Positions 47,501 to 57,605 of a stretch of 64,000 nt of DNA are shown piece by piece; the first letter of the stretch is position 1, and every line of letters starts with the position of its first letter. Source of the stretch: an uncultured Desulfosarcina sp. Lineage in GTDB: Bacteria; Desulfobacterota; Desulfobacteria; Desulfobacterales; Desulfosarcinaceae. Under the pieces are notes generated by a model. The model was not told where the DNA came from. It searched no databases and was given only the letters and a program-made list of their open reading frames with translations. The position numbers and the translations under genes are program-made. The stretch is taken from positions 2,556,931-2,620,930 of the forward strand of contig CAXXWQ010000003.1 in NCBI GenBank assembly GCA_963674945.2, read 5' to 3'.

Positions 47501-49912
47501 ATGTCAAAGACAGCGATGTTTCAAGAAAAACAGCGCTCTGGACGAGTAAACCGGTTGAAACGTGAGTGGCACGAAACTCCTCCAAGGCTGTCCATGGAAT
47601 GGCTACGATTCATGAAGGACACTTACAGGGAGAATGCAACAGAACCGCCCACCATGGTCCGTGCCAGATTGCTGGAAAATGTCCTCGCCAATTTGACCAT
47701 ATTCATCGACGCTAATCCGATCGTGGGTTCTACCGTGGAGCACCGGAGGGGTGCCATTCCCCACCCGGAATGGTCCTGCGGATGGTCAAAGGAAAATACC
47801 CACAGCCATACTCACATTGATGAACTGTTCATAGCGGATGAAGACCTGCCGCTTTTGGAAGAGGCCGTGGCGTTCTGGAGGGGAAGGTGCACGGAGGACA
47901 AGACAAACGCACTATTTGAACAGATGCATCCCGATGCCCCGAGCTGTGCACAGCTCGGCCAATGCGGCGTGCTGCTCCTTGTGACGACTCCCATAATTCA
48001 AACGGTGGTGAACTGGAAAAAAGTACTGACTTTAGGCTTAACCGGCATTATCCGAGAGGCGGAAGACAATCTACGGCTCTTGCCGGTTGGGGATAGTGTA
48101 TCCCGAAACAAGCGAAATTTTTTGCGAGCCGCCATTATAACGCTTAGGGCAACTATTGCTTTTGCTCACCGATATTCCGGACTGGCCAGTGATCTCGCGG
48201 CAAAGGAAATGAATTCTCAACGAAAAACAGAACTGGAGAAAATTGCCGATACTTGCCGGTGGGTGCCGGAGAATCCACCCAGAACATTTTATGAAGCAAT
48301 CCAATCGTGGTGGTTTGTATTTGTTGTTAACTGGATGGAGTCAGACACCGGTACCGGTATGGGAAGAATTACCGATGATTTCTATCCTTTTTATGCGGAA
48401 GACAAGAAAAAGGGAAGAATTACACAGGAGCAGGCGATTGAGCTTCTTCAGTTGCTTTTCCTAAAGGTTTCGGAATGTGGGAAAGCAATATTTACGGGTC
48501 AGTGATCTTTGGTGTATGGATGGCAGAATTTAGGTGCCCAAATAGGCATTGGAGGGGTAGATGCAAGAGGAGATGACGCTACCAACGAGTTGGATTTTCT
48601 AGTGCTGGAAGCGCAGCGGCGTGCTCAGTTACCGGAGATTACGTTGGGACTGCTGTACCACGATAAGATGGATGAAGAATTTCTGACGGATTGCGTTGAC
48701 CTTATTCGAACGGGTATCGGTCAACCGGCTTTTTACAATAACGATGTTTTCGTTCAGCGCGCTCTGTTCGACTATCCGGGAATATCCTTGGAACAGGCCC
48801 GATACGTCACTCCCATAGGATGTCTTCAGCAGGGCTTGTGCGGTCCGATGTTTTACGCAGGTCTCGGATTCATGAACTCTGCCAAAATGCTGGAACTGGC
48901 CCTGAACAATGGTAAGGATCCCCTTAAAGGGATTCAACTTGGCCCGCTCACAGGAGATGCCAGGACATTCAAGTCCTATCAAGAGCTTCATGACGCCGTC
49001 AGACGGCAGTTCAAATTCTTCGTTCCGCTTTGGCTGGAACGGATGCGCATCCATTTTGATAATCTTTCCGAGATTACACCGATGGTCTTTCAGTCGGCAT
49101 TGGTGGATGGTTGTCTGGAGAATGGGAAAGATATCTTTAGCGGAGGCGCAAGGTACAATCAGTCCGGCGGAGACTTTGTGGCAACCGTGGACCTTGCCAA
49201 TTCGCTGGCGGCTATAAAGAAACTTGTCTTTGATGACAAGCGGATAACCATGGCAGCGCTTATCGACGCATTGCAGGCAAATTTTGAGGGAGAAGAAGGT
49301 GCGAAGATTCAGCGAATGTGTCTCAATTCTCCGAAGTATGGCAACGAAGATCCATACGCGGGCGATATCGTTAAAGAGTGGTACGAGATATTGTACCAGG
49401 AACACCGGAAAGCAAGCAGGCCTTATCCCACGGAAAATTCTGCAATCGTACCGCAAGCATACTCGAACGCAATGCATTTCGGGATGGGCCTCCATATGGG
49501 GGCACTGCCCAATGGCAGAAAAGCAAGGGTGGCTTTGACCGATGCCAGTGTATCGGCCATGCCGGGTACAGATACCGAAGGCCCGACTGCCCTTATGAAT
49601 TCCGCTGCTTCGGCAATTGACTGTGTCAAGTATGGGTCGAATCACCTGAATATGAAATTTCATCCTGCCATGCTCAAGAGGCCGGAGGGAGCCCTAAAAC
49701 TACTTGCACTCATCAAGACCTATATGGACCGAGGCGGTCATCATGTGCAGTTCAATTGCGTCAGCGCGGAGACACTACTGGATGCCCAGGCCCACCCGGA
49801 AGAACATAAGAACCTGGTAGTACGGGTTGCTGGTTTCAGTGCCTATTTTATCCATCTGCCCACAGGGGTCCAGGACGAGATCATAAAAAGGACAGAGCTG
49901 GGCTTCGATTAA
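47501..49912 (+). pseudogene. Glycyl radical enzyme interrupted by a single in-frame TGA (48503-48505)
   Basis: ORFs 47501..48505 and 48509..49912 share a frame; PPRTFYEAIQ, IGGVD..G.DATN, GCLQ, PNGRKA, HVQFN, RVAGFSAYF; 803 codons if read through. Confidence 0.88.
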
Positions 49913-50032
49913 CCGATGGAAGCCATGCTATAGTTCCCTTACAGTTATTAGGATTAAATACTCGCTCCAACGGCTCACTTTCCCATTTTTTCGTTCCATT
50001 ACGCCTACTACGGACAATTCAAGATAAAAATT

Positions 50033-51130
50033 CTATCCTGCGGTTTGTTTCGTGCAACATACACCCGAGCCATTCAGGCCCGCTTCCAGACAGCTGCCGT
50101 CGGAAAGACATCCGGATTTTCCCAAATCGCCTCGTTTCCACCGTTGAATCAGATTGGGTTCTCGAATAAATGGTCGGCATAAGGAAATGTAATCCGCCAC
50201 ATGCTCACTGAGCAGCTTGTTCGCAACCGTATATGATCGAATGCCTCCCACGAGGATGATGGGAATATTCAACGCCGCCTTGAAGGATTTTGCCTCGTTT
50301 TGAAAGTACGCCTCATCTTTTATTGACACGATTCCGGTTCTTGAAGATTTCAAGTGTCCCGATGCACGGGTCCCCCCACTGACTTCGATTGCGTCCAGCC
50401 CCAATTTTTCAAGCCGTTTTCCTGCATCCACGGAATCGGCAAGAGAGAGTCCCCCCTCAAAAAAGTCCTGTGAGTTGATTTTGACCAGCAGCGGATAATC
50501 ATCTCCCACCGTCTTTCGGATTCGGTAAAGGATCTCACAAAGGATTCGGCACCGGTTCTCGATGACACCCCCGTATTCGTCTTCACGACGGTTAAAACCC
50601 GGTGACAGAAACTGGTTCAACAAATACCCATGGGCGATATGGAGTTGGATACCGTCGAAACCGGCGGTCTTGGCCCGATGCGCCGCTTGAACGAAGGCGT
50701 CTACCACCTCTTCGATCTCTTTGGATGACAATTTCCGGGCAGGGTGGGAAACGAACCCTTCTCCGGTCGACGGTCCGACCGGAGTTTCGCAGATGAGTTT
50801 TGGATCGGCATACATACCGGCATGGGCCAGCTGGACGATGACCTTTCCACCGCAATCGTGGATTGCCGTAGTCAGCCGTTCAAGTCCGGCGATCTGTTCG
50901 TCACAATATATTCCCAGCTGGCGCGGACCGGCCTGCCCCCTTTTTTCCACATAGGCATGACCGGTGATGATCAGTCCCACGCCGCCTTCGGCAAGTTCTG
51001 TCAATCTCTCCGTCAGCTGTGGGGTGCAGGCACCATCCTCCCGGGCCAATCCCATCCATGTGGCCGATCGGATAAAGCGGTTTTTCAGTGCCATTTGGTT
51101 GAGATGGGTGGTTTCAAAGAGTTCGGGCAT
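50033..51130 (-). CDS. NADH:flavin oxidoreductase (Old Yellow Enzyme family)
   Basis: LKNRFIRSATW, GGVGLIITG, QLAHAG, AGFDGIQLHIAHGYLLNQFLSP, RPFIREP. Confidence 0.92.
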   Translation of the reverse strand: MPELFETTHLNQMALKNRFIRSATWMGLAREDGACTPQLTERLTELAEGGVGLIITGHAYVEKRGQAGPRQLGIYCDEQIAGLERLTTAIHDCGGKVIVQLAHAGMYADPKLICETPVGPSTGEGFVSHPARKLSSKEIEEVVDAFVQAAHRAKTAGFDGIQLHIAHGYLLNQFLSPGFNRREDEYGGVIENRCRILCEILYRIRKTVGDDYPLLVKINSQDFFEGGLSLADSVDAGKRLEKLGLDAIEVSGGTRASGHLKSSRTGIVSIKDEAYFQNEAKSFKAALNIPIILVGGIRSYTVANKLLSEHVADYISLCRPFIREPNLIQRWKRGDLGKSGCLSDGSCLEAGLNGSGVCCTKQTAG

Positions 51131-51372
51131 TTTTTTCTCCACTGGATATTGATCCGATCGCTTCTTGGCGATCAACCCTCAAAAAACCAAGGGGCGATCG
51201 CAAATATAGGTTGTCCTATAGCGGCATTATCGGAGCAATTATACAATCCTGACGTGCTTTTTAAGGCGATGACCATGGCAGCGACGATTCCATGCTTTGC
51301 CATGGGCAAAATAATTGAAGAATGAGTTTCTTTCACAATATTGTTTGGCCATCTTTGGCCTGGAAACGTTTT

Positions 51373-52533
51373 TTAGGGATAACTCTTTCTAATGGACTGC
51401 AAAAGTTCCGCCTCGCTCAATCCGTATCCGAGCAAAACCAGAGGAGTCTGCCCGCTTTCCGGATCCCGGGTAAAGTTGGGATGGGCCATGATTTGTCGGG
51501 TCCGATATATCATCTCGTCGGCGTTCATCTTGCCGGGAAGCGTCGATGCCTTCACGTTTTTCCGGTCGGTGTAGTAAAAGTAAATCAACGAATCGAAAAT
51601 TCGGCATAGCCGAAACGAATCCTTGAATTCCTCCCGGGTCTCGCTGGGAAAACCATAGATCACATGGGTTTCCAAGAAGGTGTCCGGGGATGCCTCCTTG
51701 ATGGATCTCACCATCTCGATGATGCGTGAAATTTCATAGTGTCGGTTCATCAGTCCCAGGACACGTTTTGCGGTCGACTGCACGGGGATATTCATGAAAT
51801 CGATCTGTCGAAAGACCCTCTCATCGATCTTCGGGAACAATTCACAAAATCCCCGTGGCTCCAGATAGTTGATGTTGAGCCGAATGTCATCGTGGGAAAG
51901 GGTGTTGAGCAGTTGGGCCAGATCGGTTTCCAGGTCCTTGCCGTAGCTGGCGCAATCATCGGCCAGAAGCATGAACCGCCGGTATCCTTGTTCCCGCGCC
52001 GCCTCCACCTCGCCGACGATCTGTGCGATGGGTTTGCTGGTCACCATGCCCTTGGCTTTTTTGATCCCGCAATAACTGCAGTTGTTGACACAACCCTGAC
52101 AGAGTTGAATGTAAAAGGAATCGACGAATCCGTATTGGGGGTCGATGAACCGCTGATCGAGTATACTGCCCGACACCTGATCGATGGGTACGGAAGCATT
52201 GAATATCTCGTTGAAACGGCCGAGCTCCTTGGGACCGATCAACACCACTTGAGAAAAATTGAATCGATCAGGACTGATCTTGGGGAGACATCCGCAGATG
52301 ATAATCCGTTTGTCCGACCCATAATTTTGCATGTGAGAATCGATCACCGACATGGAAATATCTTCCCGTTCCTGATCGAATCCACATGTGCTGATCACGA
52401 TGGCCTCGGCCCGGGCGGGATGATCCACCAAAGCGTGTCCGTTCTGTGCGAAAAAGTTTCGGATCTGTGTGCTCAAATAGCCGTTATTGTCGCACAGCTT
52501 GAATGTGGTGGTGAAGAATATGGGCTCTTTCAT
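51373..52533 (-). CDS. MiaB/RimO-like radical SAM protein lacking a TRAM domain
   Basis: N-terminal UPF0004-type cysteines (LCDNN, ISTCGF, CGCLP), GCVNNCSYC, IPVQS...VL..MNR.Y, GFPSET.EEF. Confidence 0.8.
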   Translation of the reverse strand: MKEPIFFTTTFKLCDNNGYLSTQIRNFFAQNGHALVDHPARAEAIVISTCGFDQEREDISMSVIDSHMQNYGSDKRIIICGCLPKISPDRFNFSQVVLIGPKELGRFNEIFNASVPIDQVSGSILDQRFIDPQYGFVDSFYIQLCQGCVNNCSYCGIKKAKGMVTSKPIAQIVGEVEAAREQGYRRFMLLADDCASYGKDLETDLAQLLNTLSHDDIRLNINYLEPRGFCELFPKIDERVFRQIDFMNIPVQSTAKRVLGLMNRHYEISRIIEMVRSIKEASPDTFLETHVIYGFPSETREEFKDSFRLCRIFDSLIYFYYTDRKNVKASTLPGKMNADEMIYRTRQIMAHPNFTRDPESGQTPLVLLGYGLSEAELLQSIRKSYP

Positions 52534-53116
52534 TTCCCTTGATACGATCGAATTCTTCCGGCGTGTTGACGTTGAGCAAGGCTCTTTTCCAGTCCCACCG
52601 ATGTTCTTCCATATCGATATAGTTTACACGGACATCGGGATAAAAGTCATATATGCGATATTCGCCTCGATCGAGCATTCGTTGCATGGCAGTCAGACAG
52701 TTTTTGTTGTAACAGGCAAATAGCGGTTCCAAACCATTGGCAGTTTGTGGAACGACGATATCGAATCCCCGGCTGACGGAAATCATGTACCGCACGAGAT
52801 CTTCGTCGGGAAAAGGGATGTCGCAGGAGGATACGAAAATCATTTCATTCCTGGCCATCAGCAGTCCCGTATAGACCCCGCCCAACGCACTGCCGGGGTG
52901 CCGGTCCGGATAACTGGGGACATCGGGTCGTTCCAGATCCGGCCGATCTCCTGCGATGATCACCCGGGCGAACAGACGGCGCATGATGCCCAGCAGATTG
53001 TCGAAGAAGGTAACGCCGCCGATCTTCAGGCCGGCCTTGTCCCTTCCCATGCGACGGCTCTTTCCACCGGCCAGGATGACGCCGGTGATGTGCTCCATTT
53101 TATGCGCACTGTCCAT
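52484..53116 (-). CDS. mobA: Molybdenum cofactor guanylyltransferase
   Basis: ILAGGKSRRMGRDKA, CDIPF, EPLFACY, NVNTPEE. Confidence 0.93.
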   Translation of the reverse strand: MDSAHKMEHITGVILAGGKSRRMGRDKAGLKIGGVTFFDNLLGIMRRLFARVIIAGDRPDLERPDVPSYPDRHPGSALGGVYTGLLMARNEMIFVSSCDIPFPDEDLVRYMISVSRGFDIVVPQTANGLEPLFACYNKNCLTAMQRMLDRGEYRIYDFYPDVRVNYIDMEEHRWDWKRALLNVNTPEEFDRIKGNERAHILHHHIQAVRQ

Positions 53117-53139
53117 TAAGATGGTTTTCCTTTTTTTCC

Positions 53140-54162
53140 CTATCCGCCAATCATGTGCATCCGGCCCAGCCCGCCGCAAACGCGAGAATCCGTCAACAGG
53201 TGCTGAGACGGTTTGTTTTTCACTGATTTGACAAAAATCGCGGCCAACTCGTGGTCCATGGCCCCGCTTCGCAAAGGTCCCTTGATATCCTCCTGGATGT
53301 TGTTGAGCAGACAGGAGCGCAGCTGACCGTCAGCTGTCAAGCGGAGCCGGTTGCAGCTTTCACAAAAGTGGTTGGTCATGCTGCTGATAAAACCGATCTC
53401 CCCCGGAGCCCCTTGGAAACGAAAGCGCAATGCCGGTCCGTCGTTTTTTCCTTTTTCCACCGGAACCAATTTTCCGAATCGTTCAAGCCGCTGTTTGATC
53501 TGCGATGCAGGGACGGTTCTGTTTTGCGCTGTCCCGTTTTCGACGCCGATGGGCATATATTCGATAAACCGGATGTGTAACGGCCTGGTCGTGGAGATCA
53601 TGGCCATGTCAACCACCTCATCGTCATTGACACCGTTGATGACGACCATATTGATTTTAATGGGAGAAAAGTTCATTTCCGCGGCCATATCGATGGCCTC
53701 CCATACCTCATCGAACCGGTCGGCGCCGGTGATGTTCCGGAAGCGATCCCGCTGCACGGTATCCATGCTGATGTTCAAGCGCCGGATCCCGCCGTCATGA
53801 ATCCGCTGCAGATTTTCTTTCAATCCGGCACCGTTGGTCGTCAGGGAAATATCATCCAGCCCCGGGATGCTCGCCAATCTGGGGATGAAATCCACCAGTC
53901 CATTGCGGACCAGGGGTTCACCGCCGGTAAGGCGGACTTTTCCGATCCCCAGACCCACGGCAATCCGAATCAACCGGTATATCTCTTCATAGGAAAGGAT
54001 GTCGATATGGCGCATGGTGGTGAAACGGCCCGGCGGTCTGCAGTAGAAGCAATTAAAATTGCAACGATCCGTTACGGACACACGAAGATAAGAGATGGTC
54101 CGTCCGAATTGATCGACCAGCGTGGGCCGAGCTCCTTCGTTTTTATTGATGCAACGCAGCAT
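53140..54162 (-). CDS. moaA: GTP 3',8-cyclase
   Basis: YLRVSVTDRCNFNCFYC, RLTGGEPL, FCESCNRLRLTADG.LRSCL, C-terminal MHMIGG. Confidence 0.96.
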   Translation of the reverse strand: MLRCINKNEGARPTLVDQFGRTISYLRVSVTDRCNFNCFYCRPPGRFTTMRHIDILSYEEIYRLIRIAVGLGIGKVRLTGGEPLVRNGLVDFIPRLASIPGLDDISLTTNGAGLKENLQRIHDGGIRRLNISMDTVQRDRFRNITGADRFDEVWEAIDMAAEMNFSPIKINMVVINGVNDDEVVDMAMISTTRPLHIRFIEYMPIGVENGTAQNRTVPASQIKQRLERFGKLVPVEKGKNDGPALRFRFQGAPGEIGFISSMTNHFCESCNRLRLTADGQLRSCLLNNIQEDIKGPLRSGAMDHELAAIFVKSVKNKPSQHLLTDSRVCGGLGRMHMIGG

Positions 54163-54175
54163 TTGGTATTCCTTT

Positions 54176-55207
54176 CTACACCGATTTACCGAAGGCGCAA
54201 TCGGGAAACCGACAGCGCTTGCACTGCAGGCAATAACCGCCGTGCCCCAATCGGGCGATGTCCCTGCGAGTGATCCGCTCGCCGGCCAAGATGCGGGGGT
54301 AGATCAGATCCAGCACCGTAGCCTTGGCGTACATGCCGCAGGCCGGTATTCCCAGAAACGGAACCCCCTCCAATACGCCGGTCATGAACATGGCGCCGGG
54401 CAATACGGCCGAACCATAAAGAATATCCTTTCCCCCGGCCTGCTCGATGGCCGGACGGGTTACATCGTCCGCATCCACGGACATGCCGCCTGTGGTGAAA
54501 AGGATGTCGACGCCACGATTCACCAGTTCCAGGGCTTCTTTGGCAATCCGATCCTTATCGTCAGGCAAAAAGACGACATCCAGGATTCTCCCACCAAATG
54601 CTTCCACCTTCTTTCGAATAATGGGTTCGAACCGATCCTTGATACGTCCTTCATAGACCTCGGTACCGACGATCAAAGCGCCCACATTGACCGATTTGAT
54701 GGGAAGGACCTTTAACACGCCGTCGCTTTCACCGCACACCTCTACGGCCCGTTTCACGCGGTCTTTGGCGATGAGCAGGGGAATGGAACGAGTCGCTCCG
54801 ATCTTTTGGCCCTTTCGTACATAGGAGTTGGTGTGGCGGGTGGCACACATTACATCACCGATCTCGTTGAACCGGGTGAGAGCGTCCACATCCACTTTGA
54901 ACAATCCGTCATATTGTGCTTTGAGTGTAATCTTTCCCTCCCTGGGCGGATTATCCCATCCCACCCCATCTCCGCAAAGGGCCGTTGCAATGGCTTCGGC
55001 GGCATCGTCCTCATGCATTTCATAGGCTTCGGGACGCAATACATAGAGATGGTTTTTCCCCAGACGGCGAAGATGTTCCACTTCTTCGGGTTGAAGGATA
55101 TGTCCCCGATGAAAGGCGGCGCCTTTGAATTCCCCGGGTCTGATTTCCGTAATGTCGTGTGCGAGGGGAAGCCCTATCGCCTTGTCCACAGCAATAATTT
55201 CGATCAT
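54176..55207 (-). CDS. Molybdopterin-binding (MoeA-like) protein
   Basis: LAHDITEI.PG.FKG, MHEDDAA, GTEVYEGRIKD.F, TGGMSVD.DD.T, VLPGAMF, GGYCLQC..C.FPDC.FGK. Confidence 0.88.
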   Translation of the reverse strand: MIEIIAVDKAIGLPLAHDITEIRPGEFKGAAFHRGHILQPEEVEHLRRLGKNHLYVLRPEAYEMHEDDAAEAIATALCGDGVGWDNPPREGKITLKAQYDGLFKVDVDALTRFNEIGDVMCATRHTNSYVRKGQKIGATRSIPLLIAKDRVKRAVEVCGESDGVLKVLPIKSVNVGALIVGTEVYEGRIKDRFEPIIRKKVEAFGGRILDVVFLPDDKDRIAKEALELVNRGVDILFTTGGMSVDADDVTRPAIEQAGGKDILYGSAVLPGAMFMTGVLEGVPFLGIPACGMYAKATVLDLIYPRILAGERITRRDIARLGHGGYCLQCKRCRFPDCAFGKSV

Positions 55208-55267
55208 GACAGCGTCTCCTTAGCTAAATGATGATCCAATTCGGATGAATCCGGTGATGAATTGTCT

Positions 55268-55972
55268 TCAAACCGGGTGCTTTTCACCTGGTAACAATCC
55301 GAACGATACAGCACTACTGTAATTTTTTTTTTCGGCGTAAGGCCAAAAATAAGTTCCACCTGCCTCACGGGTCGTCGATGCCTCCGATACCCAAGGTTTA
55401 GCGTAGCCTTTGCCGGCACAGTGCCGACAAAGAACGGCATTGCCGTATGAAACCTCTCGATGATCCCGGATCACCTGACCGCATTGCTCACATGTGGCAT
55501 AATGGCTCGCCTTTCCGGGCATTTCCCATTCGGGGATGGTGATGCGCACCCGCTGCACGTCAAAAAGGACGTCGTCGGGCATCCGGGTATAGCCGGCAAG
55601 CTGCTGTTTTCTGCGGTTGGTTTCTTCCGGGGCGTAATTGGCCGCTTCGTCACGGGATTTTTCCGTGGAAACGATCCGATAGGCCACCTGGGTTGAAAGG
55701 TTCCAGAATGTGGCAGCGTTAATCCCGAAATCCTTGAATTTCATCGTCCGTTTTCCCAACCGGCAGCCCGTGACGCTCTGGATGGCATCCGTGGCGCAGC
55801 GGTCTATCTCGACGAAGACCATGATCTTCTTTCGCCATTTCTCGGATCGCGGATTCTCGATCCCGATCAACCGGCACCCCAGCATGGCCATTCGGACACC
55901 GATCACCTGTCCGGCACACAAGTGTCCATGTTCGGCTACGGATGCTTCCAGCAACGCTTCGAATGTTCTCAT
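55268..55972 (-). CDS. FmdE family protein with C-terminal C4 zinc finger
   Basis: HGHLCAGQVIGVRM, EIDRCATDAI, GCRLGKRT, CEQCG...LCRHC. Confidence 0.88.
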   Translation of the reverse strand: MRTFEALLEASVAEHGHLCAGQVIGVRMAMLGCRLIGIENPRSEKWRKKIMVFVEIDRCATDAIQSVTGCRLGKRTMKFKDFGINAATFWNLSTQVAYRIVSTEKSRDEAANYAPEETNRRKQQLAGYTRMPDDVLFDVQRVRITIPEWEMPGKASHYATCEQCGQVIRDHREVSYGNAVLCRHCAGKGYAKPWVSEASTTREAGGTYFWPYAEKKNYSSAVSFGLLPGEKHPV

Positions 55973-56361
55973 TTCTCTTCTCCTCGCACAGGCATATAGT
56001 CCGATATCTTACCGAAAATTTCATTAAAGGTTTTGTCCACCTTCTCCGAGATGCCTTCCTGTTGGTTCTCGAAGAGTTCGATCAGGGCTTTTGCCGATTC
56101 GGTGATTCGCGCGGTAGCGCCCTCTTTGCCTCCCCTTCTGGTTTCCACCAGCGTTTCTCCCACAGCCTTTTCCATGTCGCGAATGGCACCGCGAACCCTG
56201 CGATAGGAGATCCGTGTCTCCTGGGCTGCCTTGAGGATGGATCCATGGCGATCGATGGCCCGAAGAACGGCAAGACGACCTTCTCCGATAAACGGTTTCT
56301 CATCCAGTTCCAGCCATACCTTTGATCTGACGGTCAGTTTTTTCCTGTTCAGTTTCAACAT
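55969..56361 (-). CDS. ModE-family winged-helix regulator (N-terminal domain only)
   Basis: SKVWLE, GEGR..VL.AI...GSI..AA....ISYRR, RGG..G.....T. Confidence 0.88.
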   Translation of the reverse strand: MLKLNRKKLTVRSKVWLELDEKPFIGEGRLAVLRAIDRHGSILKAAQETRISYRRVRGAIRDMEKAVGETLVETRRGGKEGATARITESAKALIELFENQQEGISEKVDKTFNEIFGKISDYMPVRGEEK

Positions 56362-56390
56362 CGCTCGCCCTTTTTCGAGTACGAGAGTTT

Positions 56391-56618
56391 GATGAATTCG
56401 TAAAAAGCTTTTCCTTGCCAAATACGGCCAAACATTCGCATGAAAGAAACTCGCTATGATTTCCTTCGCAGATAGACGGAAACGAGGGAATTAAAATCGA
56501 TTTTAATCCTTACGGCGAACATTTATATTCAATCCCGAGGAATGAGGCGTACATAAAGTACGCCGCAGTAACGAGGGACGAAGCGTAACGCCGATATCGG
56601 GCTTTTTACGAAGCCGTC
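56391..56618. repeat. MITE-like composite element related to 904-1167
   Basis: GATGAATTCGTAAAAAGC...GCTTTTTACGAAGCCGTC ends (15/18); shares CGCATGAAAGAAACTCG..GATAGACGGAAA and ACGAGGGACGAAGCGTAACG modules. Confidence 0.8.
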
Positions 56619-56624
56619 GACTTC

Positions 56625-57605
56625 TCATATCATCGGTGGTAGATATATCTTCGCCCTTGCATCGGGAATTGCCTTTTTCCCAAGATAATCCAGCCCTTCC
56701 ATCACAGTCTCCAGCTTGGAAAAGGGAATTCCCATGAACATGATCTCCTCGCCGATATCGGAAATCGCACGGCAGCCGTAACATCCCAACGAGGTGTTCA
56801 TTTCCCCCGTAGTATAGGGAAAAAGGGTACTCTCCACACACTGGGCATTGTAAGAACTCATCTGGAAACTCATTCGTTTTCCCGTATAGTACGTGGAGGA
56901 CATGCACAGCCACATCATGGTTTCCGGCGGCGCCATGACCACCACCACATCGGGCCTCATCACCGGACGATCCAACGGCACGATCAATGTGGCCCGCATG
57001 GAGTTTTCCGGTAGCATGGGACGTTCCGAGACCATCTGGGCGGCCGCCGCCTTGTCCGCCAGTTTGCCCAACTGAACGTAGATTTCGCCGGAGGCCAGCT
57101 TGGGGGGTACCCTGGAAAGCCCCAGGATGGATGTCCCATCCGGACAGGCGTGGGACCATCGGGGCATGAGCATGCTGTGGCCCCGACGGGCCATGATCAG
57201 TGCCTGGCAATAGCGCAGCCGTTTTCGCGGCACCTTGACGTGGGGCACCGGATCGTTCTTGGCGATCAGGTTGACGGCCACCGGTTTACTCCTAAGCCCG
57301 AGTACCTCTTTCATCTTGCGGGCAAAAGCTTTGCAGGTGTCCGCATCATCTTCACCGATGGGGACGAAGGGCCGGGTGTTGGCATCGTCGATATACGGTT
57401 TCTCGGGATCCTGCTGGCTGATGGTGATGGCGCGTGACGGACACTTTCCCGCGCAGGTCATGCAGGCCCAGCAATCCTGGGGACGGGCCGGACTCGGGTG
57501 AGACTTGCCATTGGATTGAACAAGATCAAAAACCGACATGGGGCACAGCTCGGCACATTGCCCGCATTGGATACATTTTTCACTCTCTATCTCTATCTTA
57601 ACCAT
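56625..57605 (-). CDS. 2x[4Fe-4S] ferredoxin fused to DUF169
   Basis: CIQCGQCAELCP, CWACMTCAGKCP; L...PVAV, RYCQA, ACPDG...LGL, PDVVV, N.SLGCYGCR. Confidence 0.85.
   Translation of the reverse strand: MVKIEIESEKCIQCGQCAELCPMSVFDLVQSNGKSHPSPARPQDCWACMTCAGKCPSRAITISQQDPEKPYIDDANTRPFVPIGEDDADTCKAFARKMKEVLGLRSKPVAVNLIAKNDPVPHVKVPRKRLRYCQALIMARRGHSMLMPRWSHACPDGTSILGLSRVPPKLASGEIYVQLGKLADKAAAAQMVSERPMLPENSMRATLIVPLDRPVMRPDVVVVMAPPETMMWLCMSSTYYTGKRMSFQMSSYNAQCVESTLFPYTTGEMNTSLGCYGCRAISDIGEEIMFMGIPFSKLETVMEGLDYLGKKAIPDARAKIYLPPMI

Noticed and set aside
48629..49663. Long antisense or alternate-frame ORFs (also 3277..4254, 29258..30292, 26082..26921, 2307..3134)
   Set aside because: They shadow well-supported genes and show no recognisable motifs
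55268..55420. Possible insertion in the FmdE C-terminus (CAGKGY…AGGTYF)
   Set aside because: No flanking repeats at DNA level; may be a variable tail
904..56618. Repeats as a CRISPR array
   Set aside because: Copies are dispersed, not regularly spaced with unique spacers, and no cas genes are present
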